64,000 bases of DNA from Candidatus Niyogibacteria bacterium (GCA_016214345.1 JACROR010000009.1:241-64240), one strand, 5' to 3'; shown: positions 9,568 to 18,747, counted from the stretch's first letter. A program made the numbers and translations. The notes: generated by a model from the sequence alone, not told the origin.

Positions 9568-11504
9568 CCAATATATTTGAAAAACCTAAATCAGCGGAAG
9601 TGGAAAGGAGCTCGGAACAAATGGAAACTATCCGGAAATTTGAAGAACAAGAAAACACATTAATAGAGGGCGCGTTAAACCGCGCCAAAGAAAGCGGCCA
9701 CAAGAAAACCAGCTTCAAATCTCTGGCCGCGTTTCTGGCGCTGTTCACCGCGTCTACCATGTCCGAACGCGCGTTCGCCGAGTCCGCGCCCGCGGAAAAA
9801 CTTATTCCTGAAACGCAAGTGGAAGAGGTTTACGAGTCAAAGAAAGATGCCGCCTCATCATCTTGGGATAAGCTGGCAAGCCAGATCAATATTATTTTTT
9901 CCCAAAAGCAAGAAACCATTAAAACGCCCATGCTGGGCAAAGACAATTTTTACCAACAGCTTTCTTTCAAAGACTGGCACGAAACTGTAACGCAATTGGA
10001 TAAAATTATACGGCAATCCGCCAATGCCCGAGAGTTTTTCCAAAAACTTTCTTCCGCGAAAAATTTAAGCGACACGCAAAAAATTCTCGCCCTGTCAAAC
10101 ATGGGAGGCTGGCTTTCACGAACATACAATTTTGATATGAATGCCCGAGATGAATACGTCGTCATTTCAGATGAAAAAATGTTTGAAAACATGAAGCTCT
10201 ATTATGAAACCGGAAAAATAGAACCAACGGGCATTTGCGGCAACATCCATGTTTTTATGGTAAAAGCCGCAGAGCAGATGGGAATGGACGCGTGGCTGCA
10301 AAGCGGAATTATAGGAAAAGACAGGGCGGAAACTCACATATGGATGGGAACGACGGCAGAAGACGCTTCCGGCAATAAACAAATCGTATTTTTGGATTAT
10401 GGCAATCTGATACCGACAGGAACGCGAAATTACAGCGACGCGTTGGGCATCACCGAAAGATTCCATGGCCGCCTCAATACATTAAATTCTTTCGTGGGCA
10501 CGCCTGACAAAACGCTGTTCCCCGTAGAAAGCCGCGCAGAAAAAGTTGTCAAAGAAGCGTCGGGTTTCAAGGGAGCGGAAAAAGGGCTATCCAAACAACT
10601 GGAAACGGGCACGACAATCCGTCCGGAAGAATTAAATATTGAGGTTGGCAAGGAAACCAAAAAAATAGAACTTTCTAAAGACCATCTGGCGCTGGCTTAT
10701 ATTGATTACCAAGACGCGGGCAATCCCTATCAATCACTGAAAGAAATGCAAGCGTTGCGCGGCTCATGGCGTTTAGGAAATAAAAGGCTCGGATTAGACT
10801 GGGACACCACAATACTCAATTTAAACATAAAAGATCTGGGTAGTGGCGTTTTGGCGCAAAATGAAATCATCAACCGCCTTAACGCGGACTTCATCAACTC
10901 ACACGAATTAAGCAAGTCAGGATACGGAAAGTTTGTGTTAAATTACGGATTAACCCTGGAAACCGGCTTACGCTTTATAGGACTGGAATTGAGTAAAGAC
11001 GCCTTAAAAGCGGCAAGCGCGGAAGGGTCTGCGGGCGTACGCCTTATTTATGTAGATCCAAAAGAAACTCTCAAGTTTTTCATAGAAACTACTGAAAGCG
11101 GAAGAATGCAAATCTCCGACCCACAAGAACAGCGCAAGACATTAAAAGAAGTCGGCAATAAATTGAAAATCGGCCAAGCATTGGAAGTGCGTCCCGGCAC
11201 GATTATAAATTTTGAATCCGCCCTACATAATCTGGAATACGGAAAAAAGGAAGAGGCTGAAATCGGATGGAAAAGCGACCGCATTACGGCAAAATTAGGA
11301 TCAGAAGTGGTGGAATCAGAATATAAAAAATTTATACCGTCAAGCGAAAAAATCAGCGCGGAAATCGGGTATAAAATTGGCGCGGAAAATCAGCCAAAAG
11401 GAGAAGTGGTTATTTTCGGCTCGCAGCTCAAAGAACATTATGAGGGACAAGACGAACCGGACAAATACGAAATAGGCGTAAAAATGAGAATCTTTTTGTG
11501 GTAA
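9564..11504 (+). CDS. membrane-anchored transglutaminase-like cysteine protease domain protein
   Basis: TM FKSLAAFLALFTAS; core GICGNIHVFMVKAAEQMGMDAW ... ETHIWMG ... FLDYGN fits Cys-His-Asp transglutaminase-like core. Confidence 0.5.
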   Translation: MTNIFEKPKSAEVERSSEQMETIRKFEEQENTLIEGALNRAKESGHKKTSFKSLAAFLALFTASTMSERAFAESAPAEKLIPETQVEEVYESKKDAASSSWDKLASQINIIFSQKQETIKTPMLGKDNFYQQLSFKDWHETVTQLDKIIRQSANAREFFQKLSSAKNLSDTQKILALSNMGGWLSRTYNFDMNARDEYVVISDEKMFENMKLYYETGKIEPTGICGNIHVFMVKAAEQMGMDAWLQSGIIGKDRAETHIWMGTTAEDASGNKQIVFLDYGNLIPTGTRNYSDALGITERFHGRLNTLNSFVGTPDKTLFPVESRAEKVVKEASGFKGAEKGLSKQLETGTTIRPEELNIEVGKETKKIELSKDHLALAYIDYQDAGNPYQSLKEMQALRGSWRLGNKRLGLDWDTTILNLNIKDLGSGVLAQNEIINRLNADFINSHELSKSGYGKFVLNYGLTLETGLRFIGLELSKDALKAASAEGSAGVRLIYVDPKETLKFFIETTESGRMQISDPQEQRKTLKEVGNKLKIGQALEVRPGTIINFESALHNLEYGKKEEAEIGWKSDRITAKLGSEVVESEYKKFIPSSEKISAEIGYKIGAENQPKGEVVIFGSQLKEHYEGQDEPDKYEIGVKMRIFLW

Positions 11505-11522
11505 GCGTTGTAGCTTAACCGC

Positions 11523-11556
11523 AAAATCCCGTCAGCCTTGGGCTGACGGGATTTTT
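11523..11556 (+). terminator. rho-independent terminator
   Basis: aaaatcccgtcagcc-ttgg-gctgacgggattttt. Confidence 0.7.
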
Positions 11557-11596
11557 ATTGATTTTATAGTATAATCATTATATATTCGTTTTACAT

Positions 11597-11672
11597 GGTG
11601 GCTATGGTGTAACGGTCAACACTAGAGTTTGTGGAACTCTCGACACGGGTTCGACTCCCGTTAGCCACCCCA
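11597..11672 (+). tRNA. tRNA-His(GTG) with G-1 and encoded CCA
   Basis: G-1 then gtggcta/tagccac, anticodon loop ttGTGga, T-arm cacgggTTCGACTcccgt, CCA encoded. Confidence 0.9.
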
Positions 11673-11673
11673 A

Positions 11674-11880
11674 TTAAGCGTAGCGTAATAATAAAGCTAA
11701 CGAGATTCGAGCAGAGCGCTCTTTAAGACGAAGCCCTGTTCCGTATCCGGTCTTTATGACTGAGCGAACGATATAAACTTTCCCCCGTTTAGGAAGATGA
11801 ATTTCATCTGCCGTAAACGGATCGGTAGACCGTGAAGCAAATGCACCATTAACGCAAAGAACTTTATCGCCCTTTTTCAT
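11674..11880 (-). CDS. hypothetical small protein
   Basis: ORF with SD-like aaggaagg upstream. Confidence 0.35.
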   Translation of the reverse strand: MKKGDKVLCVNGAFASRSTDPFTADEIHLPKRGKVYIVRSVIKTGYGTGLRLKERSARISLALLLRYA

Positions 11881-11977
11881 ACGCCTTCCTTTCTGTTAAT
11901 TAAATTATCGCTGCCCACTCTGCAAGTCAATAAAATTTTCCTTTGCGAAGCCCTCGCATTTCATATAAAATATATGC

Positions 11978-12442
11978 ATGGAGTCATTGAACATCATCAA
12001 TAAAATCTTAGAACCAACACACGCCGTTTCTCTGGCAAATTTCTTTATTATTTTATCCATGGCGGCGATCGGTATCGGAGAAACCATCTACCTCATAAAA
12101 AAACGTCTCGCCGTGGAGCCGCCGATCTGCGTTATCGGATACGAGTGCCGCAAAGTTTTGGAATCGGAATACAGCAGTATCCTTGGCGTGCACAACGACA
12201 CGCTGGGACTTAGTTTTTATATTATGGTAGCGGCTCTTGATATATTGCTGGCTTTGGGCATAAACCCCAAAAATATAATTGACCTCTTGCTGGAAATAAT
12301 TATCGTCAGCGGAACCATTACTTCAGCCGCGCTGCTCTATCTTCAATGGCGCGTAATCCGTGCGTGGTGCTTTTGGTGCGTAGTGTCCGCGGCCACGGTT
12401 TTTGTCATGCTCGCCGTAATTATTTTCGGAAATCTTATTTGA
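11978..12442 (+). CDS. vitamin K epoxide reductase (VKOR)-family membrane protein
   Basis: Loop Cys pair (PICVIGYEC) and TM CxxC (WCFWC), 4-5 TM helices. Confidence 0.6.
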   Translation: MESLNIINKILEPTHAVSLANFFIILSMAAIGIGETIYLIKKRLAVEPPICVIGYECRKVLESEYSSILGVHNDTLGLSFYIMVAALDILLALGINPKNIIDLLLEIIIVSGTITSAALLYLQWRVIRAWCFWCVVSAATVFVMLAVIIFGNLI

Positions 12443-12509
12443 AATAAATAAAAAATTGTGACCATGCGTTGCCTGGCTTGATAAAATAAAAATTGTATAG
12501 TATTAAATA

Positions 12510-12743
12510 ATGAGCATGGAAGAACATAAGACGCACATAACTACGCGCGCGGGAGAAACGGCTAGCGGCATTCCTGAACCGGAAAATATTGACGAGCTTC
12601 TGGAAACAAAGCAAATGCGCGATGCCGCGATAGCGCACGCGCTCGCCCAAGGATTGCCTTGGGCCGAGGTCCAAAAAATCAACGAAATGTCCAAGGAAGA
12701 GTTGGAAGAGAAAAAACAACGCACCGGAAAATATGCCAAATAA
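12510..12743 (+). CDS. hypothetical protein
   Basis: ORF track; overlaps start of DUF167 gene. Confidence 0.4.
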   Translation: MSMEEHKTHITTRAGETASGIPEPENIDELLETKQMRDAAIAHALAQGLPWAEVQKINEMSKEELEEKKQRTGKYAK

Positions 12744-12969
12744 AGATTCTCTCTACGCGATTTTAGCCAAACCGAACGCCAAAAAAAATAAAATTGAATC
12801 CACCGGTGAAAAAGCCCTGAAAATATGGGTTACGGCCTCACCGCACGAAAACGCGGCTAACGAAAAAATCATAAAAATGCTGGCGCAATATTTCCACACC
12901 GCGCCCTCCAATATAGAAATAGTGCGTGGACATAACGGCAAAAATAAAATCATTACCGTAACGCGATAA
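12733..12969 (+). CDS. DUF167/YggU-family protein
   Basis: KIWVTASPHENAANEKIIKMLAQYF...IEIVRGHNGKNKIITV. Confidence 0.65.
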   Translation: MPNKDSLYAILAKPNAKKNKIESTGEKALKIWVTASPHENAANEKIIKMLAQYFHTAPSNIEIVRGHNGKNKIITVTR

Positions 12970-12986
12970 ATACTAAATACAAAAAA

Positions 12987-13012
12987 CAGTCCGACACAAA
13001 ATCGGGCTGTTT
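12987..13012. terminator. bidirectional rho-independent terminator
   Basis: acagtccgacacaaaatcgggctgtttttattt. Confidence 0.6.
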
Positions 13013-13019
13013 TTATTTA

Positions 13020-13091
13020 TGCGCGGTATAGGATTCGAACCTATGACCCTTCGCACGTCAAGCGAATGCTCTACCGCTGAGCTAACCGCGC
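13020..13091 (-). tRNA. tRNA-Val(GAC)
   Basis: Acceptor gcgcggt/accgcgc, anticodon stem ttcgc/gcgaa, loop ttGACgt. Confidence 0.85.
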
Positions 13092-13138
13092 ATTAAAAAT
13101 ATCAATACAACGGAATTATGGCATCTAGTAGTCCCACG

Positions 13139-13210
13139 GGGAATCGAACCCCGATTTACGCCGTGAAAGGGCGCCGTCCTAGCCGTTAGACGATGGGACC
13201 AAGCTTTCTG
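13139..13210 (-). tRNA. tRNA-Glu(TTC)
   Basis: Anticodon stem gcgcc/ggcgt, loop ctTTCac, T-arm cggggTTCGATTccccg; G1.U72 wobble. Confidence 0.8.
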
Positions 13211-13245
13211 TATATTATCCAAAATTTGTTGTAAAATCAACAAAT

Positions 13246-14412
13246 ATGAGAATCCTCGCCATTGAAACCTCTTGTGATGAAACCGCCGCCGCCGTTCTGG
13301 AATGCCAGGGCGGACCAACAAATACGCAATATAAAATATTATCCAATATAGTTTCTTCACAAATAAAAATTCACGCCCAATGGGGTGGCGTGGTGCCCAA
13401 TCTCGCAAGACGCGAACATGAAAAAAATCTCGTGCCAATTTTGCTTCGCGCCCTGAAAAAAGCGAAAATATCTATAAATGAAAAGCGAAAAGTGAAAAGC
13501 GAAAAAACACGACTTAAAATCCAAAAGATTTTGGAACGAGAACAAGAACTACAAAAATATTTTTTAAAAAAAGTTCTGCCGATTGCCACGCCGGACATTA
13601 ATGCCATTGCCGTGACCTTTGGCCCCGGATTAGAACCCGCGCTTTGGACCGGAATCAATTTCGCAAAAACACTCTCCGCTGTTTGGGACAAGCCGCTAAT
13701 TCCCGTAAATCACCTGGAGGGACATATCGTATCTTCCATTATGCGCGGGAGGGAATTTGATACGACAGAAATCTCTTTCCCCGCGCTCGCGCTTCTAGTG
13801 AGCGGCGGGCACACGGAACTGGTGCTTATGAAAAAATGGCTGGATTACAAAACTATCGGAAAAACCAGAGATGACGCTGTTGGTGAAGCGTTTGATAAAG
13901 TGGCAAAACTTTTAAATCTCGGATATCCGGGAGGACCCATTATATCCAAACGCGCCTCTCTGGGAAATCCCAAAAACATTCTCTTGCCGCGCCCCATGAT
14001 AAACAGCGCCGATCTGGACTTCAGTTTTTCCGGACTTAAAACCGCCGTACTATACGCCGTCAGAAAAGAAAAATCCATATCCGCTCAAAAAATAAGCGAC
14101 TATGCCGCAAGCTTCCAGAAAGCCGCCACAGATGTATTGGTGTCCAAAACTCTCCGCGCCATTAAAAAATACCATCCCAGAACCGTACTGTTGGGCGGCG
14201 GAGTTTCCGCCAATCAAGAACTGCGGACTAAAATGCGTGAGCAATTAAAGCGCGCGTTTCCCAAAATAAAATTATTGCTACCGGAACAAAAATTCACGGG
14301 CGACAACGCCGCCATGATCGCCGCGGCCGGATATTTGCGTTACGCGAACCGCAAAATTAGAAAAAATCCGCTCTCCTTGAAAGCGGAAGGTTCGCTTAAA
14401 TTTATGATATAA
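13246..14412 (+). CDS. tsaD: tRNA N6-adenosine threonylcarbamoyltransferase TsaD (Kae1/Gcp family)
   Basis: MRILAIETSCDETAAAV...; HLEGHI; Lys-rich low-complexity insert. Confidence 0.9.
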   Translation: MRILAIETSCDETAAAVLECQGGPTNTQYKILSNIVSSQIKIHAQWGGVVPNLARREHEKNLVPILLRALKKAKISINEKRKVKSEKTRLKIQKILEREQELQKYFLKKVLPIATPDINAIAVTFGPGLEPALWTGINFAKTLSAVWDKPLIPVNHLEGHIVSSIMRGREFDTTEISFPALALLVSGGHTELVLMKKWLDYKTIGKTRDDAVGEAFDKVAKLLNLGYPGGPIISKRASLGNPKNILLPRPMINSADLDFSFSGLKTAVLYAVRKEKSISAQKISDYAASFQKAATDVLVSKTLRAIKKYHPRTVLLGGGVSANQELRTKMREQLKRAFPKIKLLLPEQKFTGDNAAMIAAAGYLRYANRKIRKNPLSLKAEGSLKFMI

Positions 14413-14423
14413 TTCAAATTATC

Positions 14424-16604
14424 ATGACTGCTGATTTTTCCAAACCGTATGACCCTAAAGAAGTTGAAGGGCACACCTATGAAGCGTGGCTTAAAGCCGG
14501 CTATTTTAATCCCGACCAACTGACAACCAAAGGAAAACCATACACCTTAGTTATTCCGCCACCCAATGTTACGGGCTCTTTACACATGGGGCACGCGTTG
14601 AACGCGACCATCCAAGACATCCTGATAAGAAAAAAACGGATGGAGGGAAGGCGCGCCCTCTGGATACCGGGAACGGATCACGCGGGCATAGCCACGCAAA
14701 ATGTCGTGGAAAAAAGTCTACGTAAAGAAGGAATTTTTCGCCACGAACTGGGGCGTGAAAAATTTTTGGAAAAAGTGTGGGAATGGAAAGAAAAATACGG
14801 AAATATCATCTTGGATCAATTAAAAAAACTTGGCGCCTCATGCGATTGGTCCAGAACACGCTTCACCATGGACCCAAAGTACCAAAAAATTGTCGCGGAA
14901 ACCTTCGCGCACTATTACAAAAAGGGCTGGATCTACCGCAAAGAGCGCGTCATAAGTTGGTGCCATCGCTGCCGCACCAGCTTATCCGATTTGGAGCTGG
15001 AATATCAGGAAACCAAAGGCAGTCTCTGGTTCATAAAATATCCTCTCGCGGAAACCGCGGGATATGTGGTAGTGGCAACCACCAGACCGGAAACCATGTT
15101 GGGCGATAGCGCGGTGGCGGTACATCCCAAAGATCCGCGATATGCCAACCTGGTGGGCCAATTTGTAATGCTGCCCTTGCAAGACAGGAAAATCCCCATC
15201 ATCGCCGATCGCAGAATTGAAAAAGAATTCGGCACCGGAGCGGTAAAAGTCACACCGGCCCATGACATGCTGGATGCCGAGATCGGAAACGACCACCATC
15301 TCGCGATTTACAAAATAATAGGTTCTGACGGAAAAATGACCCCAGAGGCCGGCTCCTTGTTCGCGGGACTCAAAATTGAAGAATGCCGCAAAAAAGTCGT
15401 AGAAGAACTGGAAAAACAAAATTTAATAGAAAAAATAGAAGAATACCGGCACAACATTTCCACTTGTTACCGTTGCCGCACGCCCATTGAACCTCTGCCT
15501 TCTTTGCAATGGTTCCTCAAGATGGACGATTTGGCGCGCCGCGCGTCAATCGCAGTAAACAAACAAAAAGTCATCTTTCATCCCGACCGCTGGAAAAAAA
15601 TTTATCTATCCTGGCTCAAAAATGTTAAGGACTGGACCATTTCACGCCAAATCTGGTGGGGACACCGGCTTCCTGTTTATTTTTGTGAAAATAAACAGGA
15701 AGAAAATTTCATAGTGGCGACCACGCCCCCTAAAAAATGTCCTTTTTGCCAAAATTGCGAAATGCGGCAATCCGAAGAAGTATTGGACACCTGGTTTTCT
15801 TCGGCGCTATGGCCTTTTGCCACGCTTCAATACGACCAGCGCGATTTCAAAAAATTCTATCCCACGCAGACCCTAAGCACCGCGCGCGACATAATAAATC
15901 TATGGGTGGCGCGCATGGTTTTTTCTTCGCTGGAATTTACCAAAAAAATTCCCTTCCAAAACGTTATAATACACGCCACCATCCTTACCAAGGACGGGCA
16001 ACGAATGTCCAAATCCCTGGGAACGGGCATTGACCCGATAAATTTGATAAATTTGTACGGAGCGGATGCCACGCGATTCGGACTCATCTGGCAAGCTATG
16101 AAAAATCAAGACATGCATTGGGCTGAGGAAAGTCTCGTAGCCGGAAAAAAATTCTTAAATAAAATCTGGAACGCGAGCCGTTTCGTATTGGAACGTGTCA
16201 CGGATGCTAAATTCAAAATTGCGACTAATCCTAAATTTTCCGCAAGAATTACCAAGCAAGACTCCAAAATATTAAAAAAACTTGAAGTGATTGTTAAAAA
16301 TACCGACCAAAATATTGAAAAATATAACTTCGGCCCAGCGTTGCACGATCTTTATAGTTTTTTCTGGCACGATTTTTGCGATATCTATCTGGAAGTGGCC
16401 AAAAAACAACTGGAAGATCCCAAACTAAAATTGCAAACGCAAAAAATACTTCTGCATGTCCTCGCAACATCGCTTAAACTTCTACATCCTTTTATTCCTT
16501 TCGTGACAGAAGAAATTTGGTCGGCGCTGATCCCCGCACAGGCAGGCAAATCCACTACTCAAAAACGCATGTTAATCATTGAATCATGGCCCAAGAAGCG
16601 CTAG
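14424..16604 (+). CDS. valS: valine--tRNA ligase (short form lacking C-terminal coiled coil)
   Basis: PPPNVTGSLHMGHALN (HIGH) and KMSKSLGT (KMSKS). Confidence 0.9.
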   Translation: MTADFSKPYDPKEVEGHTYEAWLKAGYFNPDQLTTKGKPYTLVIPPPNVTGSLHMGHALNATIQDILIRKKRMEGRRALWIPGTDHAGIATQNVVEKSLRKEGIFRHELGREKFLEKVWEWKEKYGNIILDQLKKLGASCDWSRTRFTMDPKYQKIVAETFAHYYKKGWIYRKERVISWCHRCRTSLSDLELEYQETKGSLWFIKYPLAETAGYVVVATTRPETMLGDSAVAVHPKDPRYANLVGQFVMLPLQDRKIPIIADRRIEKEFGTGAVKVTPAHDMLDAEIGNDHHLAIYKIIGSDGKMTPEAGSLFAGLKIEECRKKVVEELEKQNLIEKIEEYRHNISTCYRCRTPIEPLPSLQWFLKMDDLARRASIAVNKQKVIFHPDRWKKIYLSWLKNVKDWTISRQIWWGHRLPVYFCENKQEENFIVATTPPKKCPFCQNCEMRQSEEVLDTWFSSALWPFATLQYDQRDFKKFYPTQTLSTARDIINLWVARMVFSSLEFTKKIPFQNVIIHATILTKDGQRMSKSLGTGIDPINLINLYGADATRFGLIWQAMKNQDMHWAEESLVAGKKFLNKIWNASRFVLERVTDAKFKIATNPKFSARITKQDSKILKKLEVIVKNTDQNIEKYNFGPALHDLYSFFWHDFCDIYLEVAKKQLEDPKLKLQTQKILLHVLATSLKLLHPFIPFVTEEIWSALIPAQAGKSTTQKRMLIIESWPKKR

Positions 16605-17302
16605 CCATTGCCGGAGTTTCCGTCCAAGCGGCATTCATAGGATTTCTGCCGGCCATATTTTGGCTTTGGTTTTGGCTCAAAGAAGATCCGCATCCCGAGC
16701 CGCGAAAAGCATTACTGCTCGCTTTCGCAGGAGGAATGTTAATAGTTCCCGTGGCGCTATTTTTGGAAGAAGCCGCGTATAAAATAATGATAGAACTCGG
16801 CCTAGTGGCCGCCGGCGCCGTCAGTTCCTCAATATTTATAATCTGGGCGGCGATTGAAGAATACATGAAATACTTTGCCGCCAAGATGACGGTGCTCCGT
16901 CTCCCCGCCTTTGACGAACCCATAGACGCTCCGATATATTTGATAACCGCGGCAGTGGGATTCGCGTCCCTAGAAAATATTTTTTTCCTCTTCAAAACCA
17001 TTACGACCACTCCGGAACTAAGCTTAATTACCGGAGAAATGCGTTTTTTGGGCGCCACGCTCCTTCATATAGTAACCTCGGCCATAGTGGGCATGGCAAT
17101 CGCCCTTTCCTTTTTTCATCCGGAAAAACGCTCCCGAAATGTTTTGGGCGGCTTAATCGTCGCCGCTTTATTGCATGCGTGGTTTAACTTATTTATAATA
17201 AAGTCAGGCAGTGCAGGAGTCTTGCCGGTCTTCGCTTTAGTATGGCTGGGAGGCATAACGTTAATTCTCAGTTTAGAAAAAATTAAAAAAATAACTTCAT
17301 AA
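16586..17302 (+). CDS. PrsW-family intramembrane protease-like protein
   Basis: EEYMKY (EExxK), HIVTSAIVG and HAWFN motifs. Confidence 0.55.
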   Translation: MAQEALAIAGVSVQAAFIGFLPAIFWLWFWLKEDPHPEPRKALLLAFAGGMLIVPVALFLEEAAYKIMIELGLVAAGAVSSSIFIIWAAIEEYMKYFAAKMTVLRLPAFDEPIDAPIYLITAAVGFASLENIFFLFKTITTTPELSLITGEMRFLGATLLHIVTSAIVGMAIALSFFHPEKRSRNVLGGLIVAALLHAWFNLFIIKSGSAGVLPVFALVWLGGITLILSLEKIKKITS

Positions 17303-17304
17303 CC

Positions 17305-17760
17305 ATGACAAAAGACAAGAGATCGTTTTTTGAACGGCTAACGGGAAGCGTATCCGCGGACGAAGGAGAAATCAGCGCCCAGATTCATGATGGGAAAACC
17401 AAAAAAGAAGACTGGCTGGAAGGAACGGACGAAGGACAGCTAACAGTTGATGTCTTCCAAACGCCGGAGGAAATCATCATCCAATCCACCATTGCCGGAG
17501 TAAAACCGGAAGATTTGGACATCTCCATAACCCAAGATATGGTTACCATCAAAGGCACGCGCCGAAAAGATTTTGAAACCAAAGAAGACAATTATTATTA
17601 CCACGAACTCTATTGGGGAAAATTCGCCAGATCCATTCTCATTTCCGAAGAGATAGACGCGGACGAGGCCGAAGCGACCATCAAAAACGGCCTGCTTACC
17701 ATACGCCTGCCTAAAATTGACAAAGACAGAACGCATAAAATAAAAATAAAAAACTCTTAA
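17305..17760 (+). CDS. Hsp20/alpha-crystallin family small heat-shock protein
   Basis: ACD domain; GLLTIRLPK. Confidence 0.85.
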   Translation: MTKDKRSFFERLTGSVSADEGEISAQIHDGKTKKEDWLEGTDEGQLTVDVFQTPEEIIIQSTIAGVKPEDLDISITQDMVTIKGTRRKDFETKEDNYYYHELYWGKFARSILISEEIDADEAEATIKNGLLTIRLPKIDKDRTHKIKIKNS

Positions 17761-18033
17761 GTGGACGAGGAACTCAAAAAATTATTACAAAGAAACCTGG
17801 AAGTTTCGGAAGAAAGCCTGAAAATATTGAAAAAAATTAGCCGCGCCAGAATCATGGCCGCGGTTTACAATACTTTAAAATTGGCTATCATAATACTGCT
17901 CTCCGTTGGAGCGTATTATTACGTAGAACCCATGATCAATAACCTAATGGGCACCTTAAACCAATTGACCGGAGGCGCGCAATCCGCGCAACAGATCCAA
18001 GATTTGCTAAAACAATATAAATTGCCGAGGTAG
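17761..18033 (+). CDS. small hypothetical membrane protein (GTG start)
   Basis: One TM helix; stop inside 11-nt copy of tRNA-Phe 5' end. Confidence 0.4.
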   Translation: MDEELKKLLQRNLEVSEESLKILKKISRARIMAAVYNTLKLAIIILLSVGAYYYVEPMINNLMGTLNQLTGGAQSAQQIQDLLKQYKLPR

Positions 18034-18034
18034 C

Positions 18035-18166
18035 CCCTCACCCAGAATGGCATTATGCCGCGTGTTTTAACTGGATATTGCTTAACACAATTAAGTGCAC
18101 TAATATTTTAATAGTATTTATTTCTAGAGTGGCGACATAAAAACACAATGCCATTCTGGGTGAGGG
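18035..18166. mobile_element. MITE-like insertion (~132 bp) with 20-bp perfect TIRs and 11-bp TSD gccgaggtagc
   Basis: Left TIR 18035-18054 is the reverse complement of right TIR 18147-18166; direct repeats 18024-18034 and 18167-18177 (= first 11 nt of tRNA-Phe). Confidence 0.6.
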
Positions 18167-18238
18167 GCCGAGGTAGCTCAGTGGTAGAGCACAGGTTTGA
18201 AAAACCTGGTGTCGGGAGTTCGATCCTCCCCCTCGGCA
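18167..18238 (+). tRNA. tRNA-Phe(GAA)
   Basis: Acceptor gccgagg/cctcggc, anticodon stem caggt/acctg, loop ttGAAaa, T-arm gggagTTCGATCctccc. Confidence 0.9.
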
Positions 18239-18318
18239 CAACGAACTTGCCTGCCGATAGGCAGGCGCAGTGAGTTGCGGCGAGGGAGCAAATAAGCAAA
18301 CAGTTTTACAAAAATATT

Positions 18319-18390
18319 CTCCCCATAACTCAATGGATAGAGCGTCAGCCCTCTAAGCTGAACATGTGGGCTTCGCCCCCCACTTTATGC
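18319..18390 (+). pseudogene. degenerate tRNA-Arg(TCT)-like element (C33, 8-nt T-loop); acceptor complement located 100 nt downstream
   Basis: D-arm and anticodon arm (tcagc-ccTCTaa-gctga) resemble neighbouring tRNA-Arg; 5' acceptor ctcccca has no local partner but pairs with tggggag at 18490-18496. Confidence 0.3.
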
Positions 18391-18462
18391 GTCCCCGTAG
18401 TTCAATGGATAGAACGAGAGCCTTCTAAGCTCTAGATCGAGGTTCGATTCCTCGCGGGGGCA
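18391..18462 (+). tRNA. tRNA-Arg(TCT)
   Basis: Acceptor gtccccg/cgggggc (U2.G71), anticodon stem agagc/gctct, loop ctTCTaa, T-arm cgaggTTCGATTcctcg. Confidence 0.85.
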
Positions 18463-18503
18463 TATAAAGTGGGGGGTGAGAATTCCTACTGGGGAGATTA
18501 GAG

Positions 18504-18540
18504 GGGCGCGCAGCTCAGTGGTAGAGCGACTCGTTTATTC
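18504..18540 (+). pseudogene. 5' half-copy of tRNA-Val(TAC) (acceptor, D-arm, anticodon stem 5' side)
   Basis: gggcgcgcagctcagtggtagagcgactcgtttat matches 18557-18592 of full gene at 31/35 nt. Confidence 0.6.
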
Positions 18541-18556
18541 ACCCCGTTAGATATTT

Positions 18557-18631
18557 GGGCGTTTAGCTCAGTGGTAGAGCGACTCGTTTACACCGAGTAG
18601 GTCCGGGGTTCGATCCCTCGAACGCCCACCA
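18557..18631 (+). tRNA. tRNA-Val(TAC) with encoded CCA
   Basis: Acceptor gggcgtt/aacgccc, anticodon stem actcg/cgagt, loop ttTACac, T-arm cggggTTCGATCccctcg, CCA encoded. Confidence 0.9.
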
Positions 18632-18747
18632 CAATCAAACTTTCATTGCCCTTAAAGCCAAATTCGTTTGACGTATTTTTAAATCAGCTCATAATTGGGA
18701 TCAAACGAGTTATTTGAAAATATATCGCTCCCTGAAAGGAGAACGCC

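Noticed and set aside
18053-18299. ORFs 18053..18241(-) and 18108..18299(-)
   Set aside because: They lie entirely within the MITE-like element, tRNA-Phe and the palindrome. There is no SD and they are antisense to tRNAs.
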